Source of the DNA: an uncultured bacterium
Lineage (GTDB): Bacteria > Fermentibacterota > Fermentibacteria > Fermentibacterales > JCC-6
Direction: 5' to 3'
DNA: 64,000 nucleotides
NCBI GenBank assembly: GCA_964624405.1
Contig: CAZUXA010000005.1
Coordinates: 13,376 to 77,375, forward strand
Shown here: positions 35,028-44,827 of the stretch, piece after piece
Position numbering within the stretch: position 1 is the stretch's first letter
Layout: each line of letters begins with the position of its first letter
Notes under the pieces: model-generated
What the model was told of the DNA's origin: nothing
Seen by the model: only the letters and a program-made list of their open reading frames with translations
The model's database searches: none
Made by a program: the position numbers and the translations under genes

Positions 35028-35938
35028 AAAGCCTGGCGCCGGTTCTTCTCCTGATGCTTGGATGCCTTCAGGATCCGGGACCGGCGCCGATCTACCCATC
35101 CCACATCGTGGGTCAGGCCGGTCTCTCTTCAACCCCTTCACGAAATTGCGTGTTCAGCCGGGATGGGCGGTACGCGGTGGTGGGGGATGGCCGGATGGTT
35201 CTTTTTCTGGAACTGATGCATGGAAGGGTACACGGTTCCGTGGAACTTGCATCACAGGTTCTCCATCTGGCCGTCCACAGCAGTCAGAACCGGGTCTACG
35301 CCGTTACCGCGGATTCAATGTACAGTATCACTCCGGGTTCGTTCCAGGTCGGAGTTCGGGCGGAGCTGCCCGAAGGAGTGGCGGCGGCGGCCTTTTCCGG
35401 TTCCAGATTGTTTGTGGGATTCGATGATGGAACCGTAAGGGGTTATCTGCCTGAAACCTTCGAGGAAACGATATCAGGTTTTGCGCTTCCGGAGATAACC
35501 CTTATTGCCGGCACTCCTGAGTATCTTACGGTTTCCGCGGGTTCCGCCATGGTGGTCTGCCACCCCGGGGATTTAAGGGTGCTGGGCGATTACCAGGCAT
35601 GGGGAGATGTGGTTCATCTTTCACCGGTGGGAAATCGGATGGTTTCCGCCTCGATTCGTGGCGGCAATGAGGTTGCAATCCTTTCCCTGCCGGGTCTCGA
35701 ACTGGACCTGTTGTTCACCGTTCCTGGAACCCCTCTGGTCTCGGCAGCCTCGCCTTATCCCGATTCAGGGTATGTTTTCTCCTGCACAGACACTGAAATC
35801 CTGGCGGTGGTGACTTCCGGCGGCAGAATCGAGTGGAGTACCGGGGAGTTCGGCGCCATAAGGGATATCGTCATATCGTCCGACGGTTGGAACGCGGTTC
35901 TTCTGGGAAGAGACATCGTTCACATTCTGGAAAAGTAG
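35024..35938 (+). CDS. hypothetical lipoprotein (beta-propeller-like), translationally coupled to the C25 peptidase
   Basis: ATG 35024 overlaps the peptidase stop (ATGA); MKSLAPVLLLMLGC lipobox. Confidence 0.5.
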   Translation: MKSLAPVLLLMLGCLQDPGPAPIYPSHIVGQAGLSSTPSRNCVFSRDGRYAVVGDGRMVLFLELMHGRVHGSVELASQVLHLAVHSSQNRVYAVTADSMYSITPGSFQVGVRAELPEGVAAAAFSGSRLFVGFDDGTVRGYLPETFEETISGFALPEITLIAGTPEYLTVSAGSAMVVCHPGDLRVLGDYQAWGDVVHLSPVGNRMVSASIRGGNEVAILSLPGLELDLLFTVPGTPLVSAASPYPDSGYVFSCTDTEILAVVTSGGRIEWSTGEFGAIRDIVISSDGWNAVLLGRDIVHILEK

Positions 35939-35942
35939 GCTG

Positions 35943-36794
35943 TCAGCGGACGAGAAGGCTGAGAGTGGTTCCGTCACGGTAGACGGAAATCTCGATGTTT
36001 TCTTCGGTCTGGATGATTCCCCTCAGGGTTTCGGGATGATAAATCCGGATTCCCCCGGCGGTGAGTACGAGGTCGCCCCTGACAAGGCCGCAGGCCTGTG
36101 CCCTGGAGTTTTGACAGACATCGATGATAAGGACTCCCGACGGTGTTTCATCGTCGATATCGCCCATCGCGTAGGCGATGGCGGAGACTCCGAAGGGAGT
36201 TCCGGACGGATTGACCCCGGCCACAAGGTTGCCGCTCCAGACCCCCCAGAGCTGCGAGGGAAGAAGGGCCAGTCTCGTGTTGCCGGAGCTGTCCGACAGG
36301 GTTCCGGTAATGATGCCGACCAGTTTTCCCGAGCCGTTGTAGGCGGCGGCACCCATCAAACCCGGAGCCGGAGGGACTGAAAGAACAACGGTGCCGTCGT
36401 TTCTGAACTCCATTGCATGAGCCTGGATGAGGGTGATTCCGTCGGACCTGTATCCCGCGACGAAAATCGTTTCTCCCGCCAGTGGCGGTTCAAGCTGGGG
36501 ATCATTCCACCTTCTGAAGGGGGTTCCTTCGAACACCATCATTGCCAGGCCCAGGTCTCTGAAAAAGATGGTTGAATCCGGAATGAGACGTCCTTCAGGG
36601 GTGATCGCGAAGGGCGAAGATGAAGACGCGAAGCCGAAAAGCGTAACCACATGGCTTTCGGAAACCGGGGTTCCGTTGCATACCTCAACAAGTCCCGAGG
36701 AATCAAGCCTGCCCAGGGAAACCACCGCGGGCATCGGATCTGTAATCGGCCCCATAGTCAACCGACCGGCAAGAACAAGGAACAGCAGGAACAT
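35943..36794 (-). CDS. secreted trypsin-like/HtrA-like protein with C-terminal PDZ domain (catalytic motif degenerate)
   Basis: Signal MFLLFLVLAGRL; PDZ-like GVLIIDVCQNSRAQACGLVRGDLVLTAGGIRIY; GDSGGP position reads SDSSGN; start 36794 (track ORF extends in frame to 37148 but overlaps the anti-sigma gene). Confidence 0.45.
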   Translation of the reverse strand: MFLLFLVLAGRLTMGPITDPMPAVVSLGRLDSSGLVEVCNGTPVSESHVVTLFGFASSSSPFAITPEGRLIPDSTIFFRDLGLAMMVFEGTPFRRWNDPQLEPPLAGETIFVAGYRSDGITLIQAHAMEFRNDGTVVLSVPPAPGLMGAAAYNGSGKLVGIITGTLSDSSGNTRLALLPSQLWGVWSGNLVAGVNPSGTPFGVSAIAYAMGDIDDETPSGVLIIDVCQNSRAQACGLVRGDLVLTAGGIRIYHPETLRGIIQTEENIEISVYRDGTTLSLLVR

Positions 36795-36801
36795 CGGCCT
36801 C

Positions 36802-37245
36802 CTAAAAAGTGGTGAGTGTAACTGGACGGGTGTAGGCCGAAGCGGGGAGGGGAATGTACTGCTCCTCCACAACCTCGGACGCAGCGGCGGTGTCGGGGGA
36901 GACGGACGGCATGAACACCCTGGCTGCGATAACAAGGGTTGCCGCGAAGGGCAGAACCACCGCGGCCCGCCGAAGCAGGAGGAACCGTCGGGGATTTTCA
37001 AGGGGGGAAGTGTCGTAGTCCTGGAATTCCAGCCTTGCCCTGACCAGGTTTTCCAGGTCTGCGGAAGGTTGGGGGTCGGGAAGAGAAGCCACGGCCGTGG
37101 AAATTGTTCGGGACATTTCCAGAGCCCTGCGGCATGAAGCGCAACCATTGATATGGAAACGAAGCATGCGTTCCTGTTTGGAGTCCGCCTCGCCGTCGAT
37201 GGTGAGGCTGATCAGTTCAAGAGCTTCACTGCATTTCATCGCCAC
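36802..37245 (-). CDS. zinc-finger (HxxxCxxC) anti-sigma factor, membrane-spanning
   Basis: zf-HC2 motif HINGCASCRRAL, central TM helix; overlaps the ECF sigma gene. Confidence 0.7.
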   Translation of the reverse strand: MAMKCSEALELISLTIDGEADSKQERMLRFHINGCASCRRALEMSRTISTAVASLPDPQPSADLENLVRARLEFQDYDTSPLENPRRFLLLRRAAVVLPFAATLVIAARVFMPSVSPDTAAASEVVEEQYIPLPASAYTRPVTLTTF

Positions 37246-37829
37246 TGCTCCCAGACATCCTTGAGTTCTTCCCTGAGGGCTGCCCTGGCCCGGTTTATTC
37301 GCGATTTCACTGTTCCTATCCTTATCTTCAATATTTCGGCAATTTCCTCATATGACAATCCCTCTTTCTCCCTCAAAAGAAACGGCATTCTGTAGTGTGG
37401 GGGAAGGAGGGATATGGCGTTTTCCAGTTTAAGGTTAAGATCCCGGCTGCCTTCCATGCTATGGGGTGAGTCCACATCCTGGGATGCGACAACGGTGTTT
37501 TCCAGGGGGACACTGTTCCAACGGGACCTGCGCCGCCATTCCTTCTTCGCCAGATTGCCGGCGATGGTGAAAATCCATGTGACCAGAGGCCTTTCCGGGT
37601 CGTAGTTCGAACGATACCTGTATACTCTGCAGAATGTTATCTGAAGCATCTCCTCCGCGTCGTCTTCGTTTCCCAGCATCCTGAGAAGCAGGGAATACAC
37701 GGGCTTGCTGAATCGTCGCATCACTTCGCCGAAGGCGTTCTCATCACCCCGGCAGAGATCAACCATCAGCTCCGAGTCTGTTCTGGCATCACGCTTGTTT
37801 TTCATAATGCCTGAGACAAGCACTCCCAT
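37236..37829 (-). CDS. RNA polymerase ECF-type sigma-70 factor
   Basis: Region 2 LQITFCRVYRYRSNYDPERPLVTWIFTIAGNL and region 4 LSYEEIAEILKIRIGTVKSRINRAR. Confidence 0.85.
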   Translation of the reverse strand: MGVLVSGIMKNKRDARTDSELMVDLCRGDENAFGEVMRRFSKPVYSLLLRMLGNEDDAEEMLQITFCRVYRYRSNYDPERPLVTWIFTIAGNLAKKEWRRRSRWNSVPLENTVVASQDVDSPHSMEGSRDLNLKLENAISLLPPHYRMPFLLREKEGLSYEEIAEILKIRIGTVKSRINRARAALREELKDVWEQWR

Positions 37830-37932
37830 TTCAGCAACCTCCGGAGTATGTTTTCAGCTTCTATTACTCCGTGGTCGGCCTGTTGTTCCCGTTCCTTGAC
37901 CGTGCGGTACCTCCTTCGTAAGGATACCCACT

Positions 37933-39837
37933 ATGGAATCCGGAAAACCAGTGTTCAGAAGGCTTCTTTCCTGCGCCAGGCCCTACAGGGCCAGGGTGGG
38001 GCTTGCCATTGGATTCTCAATGGTGTTCGCCCTCTCCAGCGGCGCAACACTTGGTATGATACTTCCCCTCTTCGACGATGTCCTGACCCAGCGGGTACAA
38101 GATGGAGAATCCCCGGATCTGATAGCGTCAATGAGACAAAACGCTTCGGAACCATGGAGCGGCTTCATCGGCAGCCTGACCAGCGGTGACCCCGGGGCAG
38201 CGGCCGGATACCTGAAGGATACCGGCATAGAGCTCAGGAACAGCCTCAGAACAGCCCCGCCCGGGCAATCCCTTCTCGCGGTGATTCTGGTGGTTGTCGG
38301 GCTCATCTTCATAAAGAACCTCGCGGCGTTCATGCAGGCGTTTCATCTGACCCTGGTCGAGGAGCGGATGCTGGAAGATCTCAGAACCAGAATCTACCGC
38401 CACATCCTCAGCCTTCATCTGGGTTTCTTCACCGGAAGCAGAACCGGCGAACTGACCACCCTGCTTACCGCTGATGTGATGAGAATCAAGGGAGCAGTAA
38501 CCCAGTCGCTGGTTCATGTACTGAAGGAGGCGGTCCTTCTCATTGTCTTCCTTTCCCTGGCGATTCTGGCCTCCTGGCGCCTCACCCTTGTTGCGCTTTT
38601 TGTCTTTCCGCCGGGAATGGCCATGGTTACATCACTGGCAAGGAAACTGCGAAAAAGCACACACAGCTCCCAGGAGAGAATGGCTGATTTCGCAAGCATT
38701 CTTCAGGAATCGCTGCTGGGGATAAGGGTGGTAAAGGCATTCGGAATGGAGGGTTTCGAGGAGGGCAGGTTCAGAAACGCTTCCGGGGAGCACAGACGAC
38801 ACGAACTGCATCTGCGCAGGGTCAAAGCGATATCCGGCCCGCTCACGGAACTCCTTGGAGCACTGGTAAGCGCCACGGTTCTCTGGTTCGGGGGAAGGGA
38901 AGTCATCCGGGGCGATGGAATGAGCGCCGGCAGATTTCTGGTTTTTCTCGCGGCGGCCCTCAGCATGATGGACCCTGTAAAGGCCCTGGGAAAGGCTTGG
39001 GCCGGAATTCAGGAAGGGCTGGCCTCCGCGGACCGGCTCTTCGGCATTCTGGACACGAAGCCCCTGGTGACCGACGCGCCTGAACCCCGGAAGATATCCT
39101 CCTTCAAAGACTCCATCGTCTTCAGCAACGTGTGCTTCTCCTACATTCCGGGAAAGCCTGTCCTGACCGATGTCAGCCTTGTGGTGAAGAAGGGTGAGAT
39201 GGTGGCTCTGGTCGGGCCGAGCGGAGGTGGAAAAAGCACTCTGGCGGATATGATTCCCAGGTTTCACGACCCGGTATCCGGAATGGTGACAATTGACGGA
39301 ATCGACCTCAAAACCGTGGATATCCGCAGCCTGAGACAACTGCTTGGCCTGGTTACCCAGGAAACCATTCTCTTCAACGACACGGTAAGAAACAACATCG
39401 CCTACGGCGACTCGTCCATCCCCCTGGACGAGATAGAGAGGGCGGCGAAAACCGCTCATGCGCTGGAGTTCATAAACCGGCTGCCCATGGGTTTTGACAC
39501 GATCATAGGGGAAAGGGGGGCAACCCTTTCCGGTGGTCAGAGACAGCGGCTGGCCATCGCCAGGGCGGTTCTGAAAGACCCTCCCATACTGGTCTTCGAC
39601 GAAGCAACCTCCAGCCTTGATACAAGAAGTGAAAAACAGGTGCAGAAAGCCGTCGAAAGCCTGGTCAGCGGCAGAACATCCGTGGTGACGGCCCACAGGC
39701 TGAGCACCATCAGAAAGGCCGACCGGGTCATCTACATCGAAGACGGCCGTATTCTCGAGGAAGGCACCCATGAAACCCTGCTGGCTCTGGAAGGCAGGTA
39801 CCGTTCCCTCTATGAACTGCAGTTTTCCGAGGACTGA
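37933..39837 (+). CDS. ABC transporter permease/ATPase fusion (MsbA-like lipid exporter)
   Basis: 6-TM domain plus Walker A GPSGGGKST, signature LSGGQRQRLAIARA, Walker B ILVFDEATSSLD. Confidence 0.85.
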   Translation: MESGKPVFRRLLSCARPYRARVGLAIGFSMVFALSSGATLGMILPLFDDVLTQRVQDGESPDLIASMRQNASEPWSGFIGSLTSGDPGAAAGYLKDTGIELRNSLRTAPPGQSLLAVILVVVGLIFIKNLAAFMQAFHLTLVEERMLEDLRTRIYRHILSLHLGFFTGSRTGELTTLLTADVMRIKGAVTQSLVHVLKEAVLLIVFLSLAILASWRLTLVALFVFPPGMAMVTSLARKLRKSTHSSQERMADFASILQESLLGIRVVKAFGMEGFEEGRFRNASGEHRRHELHLRRVKAISGPLTELLGALVSATVLWFGGREVIRGDGMSAGRFLVFLAAALSMMDPVKALGKAWAGIQEGLASADRLFGILDTKPLVTDAPEPRKISSFKDSIVFSNVCFSYIPGKPVLTDVSLVVKKGEMVALVGPSGGGKSTLADMIPRFHDPVSGMVTIDGIDLKTVDIRSLRQLLGLVTQETILFNDTVRNNIAYGDSSIPLDEIERAAKTAHALEFINRLPMGFDTIIGERGATLSGGQRQRLAIARAVLKDPPILVFDEATSSLDTRSEKQVQKAVESLVSGRTSVVTAHRLSTIRKADRVIYIEDGRILEEGTHETLLALEGRYRSLYELQFSED

Positions 39838-40759
39838 TTTCCTTCTGGTGCGGCTGCATTCCCTTGGGGATGTTGTCCTGGCGGCGCCGGCGGCGGCGGC
39901 TCTCGCGGAAAGAGGTTCCGCCTCATTCATCGTGCGGAGAGCCTATCTTCCAGTGGTGGAGAGGTTCCATCCGCGGGTAACCCCCATCGGCTGTGACGGC
40001 GGTCCCGGGGCCCTTAGGAGTGATTCGGCAGGTCATGGTTCGAAGGGGGTGGTGGACCTTCAGAACAACCTTGCCACAAGGCTTGCGTTTCCCCGGGCAA
40101 AGCGTTTCAGGGTGAACAGGGGGCTGCGCAGAAGAATAACCGCACTGGGCGCAGCTTCCGGTGCCATGGCCTACCGGGCCGAATCTTTCCTTGAAGTGGC
40201 CGGTTGCGGCGGAGATCCAGCCCCGAAACTGGAAAGGCGGAGGCAACCCTCGGAAGACGCTTTCCGTGTGGGGCTCGTGGCCGGAGGCAGGTGGCCGCTC
40301 AAAACGATTCCAGCAGATGTTCTGTCCGAACTCGCGAGGCTCTTCCATGATATGAACCGTGCTGAGGTCCATCTCATCGGAGACCGGAGGGACGCCGCCA
40401 GAGCTGAAATGGTCATAGAGCGGAGCGGGGGAAGGAGTGGAGTGTTCAATTTCTGCGGGGAAGGTGACACCGGAGCCCTGATTTCCCGCCTTGAAGGGCT
40501 TGACCTGGTGATATCTCCCGATAGCGGTCCGGCACACCTGGCCCGGGCACTGGGGGTTCCAACCCTGGTTGTTTTCACTTCCACATCCCCGGAGCTTGGC
40601 TTCTGGAGCCGGGATACCAAGGGCTTCCACATGGTGGACATGGTTCCCTGCAGGCCATGTCACCGGCACGGAGGGTCAAAATGTCCCCAGGTCGTTCCCG
40701 CATGCCGGAACAGGCTTGTACCCCGGGAGATTCACGGCAAGGCCATGGCGCTTCTATGA
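39812..40759 (+). CDS. glycosyltransferase family 9 (LPS heptosyltransferase-like)
   Basis: FLLVRLHSLGDVVLAAPA N-terminus and C-terminal VISPDSGPAHLARALGVPTLVVF; ATG 39812 chosen. Confidence 0.75.
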   Translation: MNCSFPRTDFLLVRLHSLGDVVLAAPAAAALAERGSASFIVRRAYLPVVERFHPRVTPIGCDGGPGALRSDSAGHGSKGVVDLQNNLATRLAFPRAKRFRVNRGLRRRITALGAASGAMAYRAESFLEVAGCGGDPAPKLERRRQPSEDAFRVGLVAGGRWPLKTIPADVLSELARLFHDMNRAEVHLIGDRRDAARAEMVIERSGGRSGVFNFCGEGDTGALISRLEGLDLVISPDSGPAHLARALGVPTLVVFTSTSPELGFWSRDTKGFHMVDMVPCRPCHRHGGSKCPQVVPACRNRLVPREIHGKAMALL

Positions 40760-43308
40760 AAACTATCGGCGACAGCCCCATGATGCGGCAGTATCTCGGC
40801 ATAAAGAAAAAGCATCCCGAATGCGTTCTGCTTTTTCGAATGGGGGACTTCTACGAATCATTCTATGAAGACGCGAAAAGGATATCCCGCATTCTGGGAA
40901 TAGCCCTGACCGCAAGGCAGAAGAAGGATGACGGCGCCGGCATTCCCCTGGCGGGATTTCCCCACCACGCCCTGGACGGCTACCTGGCCAAACTGCTTGA
41001 CTCAGGGTGCCGGGTAGCCATCTGTGAACAGATGGAGGATCCGTCAAAGGCCAGGGGACTGGTGCGCCGGGAAGTAATCGAGGTGGTCACCCCGGGAACC
41101 GTAATGGAAGGCTCGAACCTCGACCCGAAGCAGACAGTTCTTCTTGGGGCCGCGTGCAGCCGTGGCGGGGTTTCGGCCCTGGCCCTCTGCGACCTCTCAA
41201 CCGGAGAAATCCGGTCGATCCGGCTTGACTGCTCCCTGCTGCCCCTGGAAATAGGCAGAATGGCTCCCCGGGAGATTCTTGTTCCCGAGGGAGCCTTTGA
41301 AGCAGGTTTCCCGGACTGCGAAGTGACAGAGATGGAACCATGGAAGTTCGACCCGGATCACGGAAGACGGATGGTGGAGAACAGGTTTGGCAAGGGCGCT
41401 CCCGAGGGATTTCAGATCGCTGAATGCCCCGCCCTTCTTGGCGCGATGGGCGCGCTTCTATCCTACATCGAGGAAACCAAGAGATCCGGCCTTTCCCACC
41501 TGGACTTCTGCGGCATCTACCGCAGGGAGGACTGCCTGGTTATGGATCACGAAACAGCCCGCTCATTGGGGATTACACATTCGATTCCCGGCGAGGAACA
41601 GGCTGTTCTTGCAGACATCGCGGATCGAACGGTAACACCGGCCGGAGCCAGGCTCTGGAGGGAATGGCTGTCAGCGCCTCCAAGGAATCCGGAAACCATC
41701 TCTTTCAGGCATTCCGCCATTGCGGAGTGCATCGACAAGGGCCTCACGGAACCGCTCCAGGCGCTGATGAGAAACTGTGCCGATCTGGTGAGGCTGGCGG
41801 GCAGGCTCGGTACTCTCCGAGCCACACCCCGAGACCTTCGGGCAATTTGGAGAACCGCCGTTACACTTCCCGAGATAGCCGCCCTTTTGAGTACGGCGGA
41901 AAACCCACTGCTTTCCCGGGCCGCGGAACTGGATACCCTTCGGGATCTGGCGGATACCATCGATGGCACAATATCGCCGGACCCTCCGGCAAGGCTTTCC
42001 GACGGGGGAGTCGTGAGACCCGGGGTGAACCCCGAGCTGGATCAGCTCCGCAGCGTAAAGGCGGGCGGCCGCGAATGGATGACATCCATGCTCGACCGGG
42101 AGAAGGAGGCAACGGGAATAGGCCGAATGTCCATAGGCTACAACAGGGTGTTCGGCTACTACATCGAGGTATCGAGGTCATTTCTTTCCCAGGTTCCGGA
42201 CAGTTGGATCAGGAGGCAGACTCTTGTAGGGGCCGAGCGCTTCGTCACCCCTGAACTGAAGGACTGGGAGGGGAGAATTCTCAGGGCAGACCACGAACTC
42301 TCCGCTCTGGAGGAGAGAATTTTTACGGAAACCAGGACGGAGATCGCTGAGCATCTGCACAGGGTTTCCGCTGCCGGCAGAACACTGGCAATGCTGGATG
42401 TCATCTCCTCTCTGGCTGCGCTGGCGGAGGAAAGACAGTGGGTAAGGCCCGGGCTCTGTGAAGAACCCCGGCTGCGGATTGTTGAGGGAAGGCATCCTGT
42501 TCTGGAAAAGCTGCTCCCCGCCGGGGAGTGCGTTCCCAATACGATCATCCTTGAGCCGGGCAGGCGGATTCTTCTGGTTACGGGGCCCAACATGGCGGGA
42601 AAGTCCACATGCCTCCGCCAGGCCGCTCTGACACTGGTGCTGGCCCAGGCCGGATCGTTCGTTCCGGCGGAGTCCATGGTGTTCAGCCCGATGGAAAGCC
42701 TGTACACAAGGATAGGTGGGGCGGACCGGCTCACCAGGGGACAGTCCACCTTTCTTGTGGAGATGGCCCAGGCCGCGTCAATTCTCAATGGCTCCACCCC
42801 GTACAGTCTCGCGGTGCTGGACGAGGTGGGGAGGGGGACCAGCACATTCGACGGCCTTTCCCTGGCCTGGGCGATGCTTGAATATCTTCACGACCACAGG
42901 GAACACAGACCCCTGGTTCTGTTCGCAACCCACTACCATGAACTTGTCGCCCTGGTTTCCAGGCTTCCCGAAGCGGCAAATGTAAATGTGCTTGTCAGGG
43001 AGACCGAAAGTGGTGTGGCCTTTCTCTACAGGATTGAGGACGGCGCCACCGACAGATCCTACGGCATTCATGTCGCATCCATGGCCGGTGTTCCCTCCGG
43101 GGTGATTCGCCGGGCCGCCAGGGTTCTCGCTGACCTTGAGTCCGGCAGACACCTGTCCCCGTTAGGAAGCGCCTGCGAAGGCCAGCTTGCCCTTCCCTTC
43201 TCGAACCCCGCCCACCCGGTTCTCGAGGAGATAAGAAACCTTGATCCCGACACTCTTACGCCCAGGAAGGCCATGGAGCTTCTCTACGATCTCAGGAACA
43301 AACTCTGA
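40756..43308 (+). CDS. mutS: DNA mismatch repair protein MutS
   Basis: N-terminal TPMMRQYLGIKKKHPECVLLFRMGDFYE mismatch-binding motif; Walker A GPNMAGKST; ATG 40756 overlaps upstream stop. Confidence 0.9.
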   Translation: MKTIGDSPMMRQYLGIKKKHPECVLLFRMGDFYESFYEDAKRISRILGIALTARQKKDDGAGIPLAGFPHHALDGYLAKLLDSGCRVAICEQMEDPSKARGLVRREVIEVVTPGTVMEGSNLDPKQTVLLGAACSRGGVSALALCDLSTGEIRSIRLDCSLLPLEIGRMAPREILVPEGAFEAGFPDCEVTEMEPWKFDPDHGRRMVENRFGKGAPEGFQIAECPALLGAMGALLSYIEETKRSGLSHLDFCGIYRREDCLVMDHETARSLGITHSIPGEEQAVLADIADRTVTPAGARLWREWLSAPPRNPETISFRHSAIAECIDKGLTEPLQALMRNCADLVRLAGRLGTLRATPRDLRAIWRTAVTLPEIAALLSTAENPLLSRAAELDTLRDLADTIDGTISPDPPARLSDGGVVRPGVNPELDQLRSVKAGGREWMTSMLDREKEATGIGRMSIGYNRVFGYYIEVSRSFLSQVPDSWIRRQTLVGAERFVTPELKDWEGRILRADHELSALEERIFTETRTEIAEHLHRVSAAGRTLAMLDVISSLAALAEERQWVRPGLCEEPRLRIVEGRHPVLEKLLPAGECVPNTIILEPGRRILLVTGPNMAGKSTCLRQAALTLVLAQAGSFVPAESMVFSPMESLYTRIGGADRLTRGQSTFLVEMAQAASILNGSTPYSLAVLDEVGRGTSTFDGLSLAWAMLEYLHDHREHRPLVLFATHYHELVALVSRLPEAANVNVLVRETESGVAFLYRIEDGATDRSYGIHVASMAGVPSGVIRRAARVLADLESGRHLSPLGSACEGQLALPFSNPAHPVLEEIRNLDPDTLTPRKAMELLYDLRNKL

Positions 43309-43389
43309 TCTCAAGAATTGACCTTTACCTAGAAGATGGGTAAGATATACCGGAATGCGTTTCACGAACCTGAGAAGAGGTGTAAACTG

Positions 43390-43752
43390 ATGTTTTTCAA
43401 GGCATTTGCGGTCTGCGTCCTGGCGCTTTCCTTTCCGCTGCCCGGAGCGACTGTGGTGAACAGCTTCGATGCCCCGGATACGGGAATCACCGGACTGGCA
43501 TGGGGTGACGGAGTTCTATGGGCTGTAGACGGAACCACTCAGTACGTCTATCAGCTGAATCCCGAAACCGGCGCAGTCATCTCCTCATTCTACATAACCG
43601 ACCAGACTCCGAGCTACGATCCGGTTCCAAGCGGTCTCGCCTGGGGCGCCGGTGTGCTTTACGCTCCCATGACATACGCCTCAACCTATGGCAAAGTTTA
43701 CAAATACGACGAGTCGGGGGTTTTGCAGGGCACCTTCGACTCGTACTGTTGA
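43390..43752 (+). CDS. N-terminal part of a secreted beta-propeller-repeat T9SS cargo protein; ends at an in-frame TGA
   Basis: Signal MFFKAFAVCVLALSFPLPGA; repeats LAWGDGVLWAVDG / LAWGAGVLYAP; same frame as 43774..44400. Confidence 0.5.
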   Translation: MFFKAFAVCVLALSFPLPGATVVNSFDAPDTGITGLAWGDGVLWAVDGTTQYVYQLNPETGAVISSFYITDQTPSYDPVPSGLAWGAGVLYAPMTYASTYGKVYKYDESGVLQGTFDSYC

Positions 43753-43773
43753 GGCAGCCCGTTATACTCGTCG

Positions 43774-44400
43774 GTGACGGGTGCATGTTTCGATTCAAAC
43801 TACATCTACATTCTCGGGGGAAACTATTCGGGCGCTCCGGTGGTGGCCCGGTTTACGCCAACCGGTACGGTCAGCAGCTACATGAGTTCTTTTCCCGGGC
43901 TCAGTGCGCCCTTCCATGACATCGCCTGGCTTGACGGCGGAGGATTCTGGGTGGCCCGGGACAATTCCGACAGCCCGATACTCGCGTACAACAGCGGTGG
44001 AACACTGGTCGGCCACATTTCCGGTTCGCTTGTATCTGAGGCCAGAGGCCTTGCCATTGATTCGTCGGGCCACCTGTGGGTAAGCAATCCCGGCAACGAA
44101 ACAATCTATCAAATTGACCTTTCCACTGGCTTTTCCGAAGAGGGCTCAATTCCCGAACAGCCCAGGATGCTTTCCGCGGACCGAAACCCGGTCACAGCAT
44201 CGGTGGTCATTACCGGTACCGGTTTCTCCGGAGCATCACTTGAGATATTCGATGTTTTCGGCAGAAGGCTTGAGAGTTCGCCCTTCACCGGAACTTACCT
44301 TTGGAACGCTTCCGGCGTTGCTCACGGCATCTATTTTGTCCGGGTTTCAGATGCGAACGAAACCCGGGTTCTGAAGCTTGTCAGAACAAGTTCCCGGTGA
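43774..44400 (+). CDS. C-terminal part of the same beta-propeller protein, with T9SS C-terminal sorting domain
   Basis: Further repeats IAWLDGGGFWVARD, GLAIDSSGHLWVSNPGN; C-terminal LEIFDVFGRRL...GIYFVRVSD...VLKLV matches the T9SS CTD pattern. Confidence 0.55.
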   Translation: MTGACFDSNYIYILGGNYSGAPVVARFTPTGTVSSYMSSFPGLSAPFHDIAWLDGGGFWVARDNSDSPILAYNSGGTLVGHISGSLVSEARGLAIDSSGHLWVSNPGNETIYQIDLSTGFSEEGSIPEQPRMLSADRNPVTASVVITGTGFSGASLEIFDVFGRRLESSPFTGTYLWNASGVAHGIYFVRVSDANETRVLKLVRTSSR

Positions 44401-44413
44401 TTCTTCAGAACGG

Positions 44414-44431
44414 GGCGGTCTTCGGACCGCC
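44414..44431 (+). terminator. GC-rich hairpin GGCGGTC-TTCG-GACCGCC after the T9SS cargo gene (weak T-tract)
   Basis: 7-bp perfect stem with TTCG tetraloop 14 nt after the stop codon. Confidence 0.3.
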
Positions 44432-44827
44432 TCTTCCATGCCCGGGGTACTGCACAGGTGTTTACATTCGACGGCAAACCTGTTATGTAATCCCCGGGAG
44501 GTATACAAATGAACACATGGATTGTTTCCACGGAGTTGGGCGGGGCGAAAACAGCACCCCGCAGGGTGTATCTTAACGGGAACGGCGGCGCGGCTGTTCT
44601 ATTGAGTCTCGCGGATCCGGCGTCGGGGGCAGTTATGGGTGAAGGGTTATGGTCGCTGTCCGGCCCCGGAATAAGCGGAAGCGCTCTTTTCAGAACTGTT
44701 TCGGCGAAACGGGCAAAAACCGCCGGAGTAATGGTTCTAAGAGGGGTGAGAGTGGTTGACGAGGGGCGCGCCATGGAGAATAAAACCATTCGTCTTATTC
44801 GTGACCTTCTCGACCTGGATGTGATGC

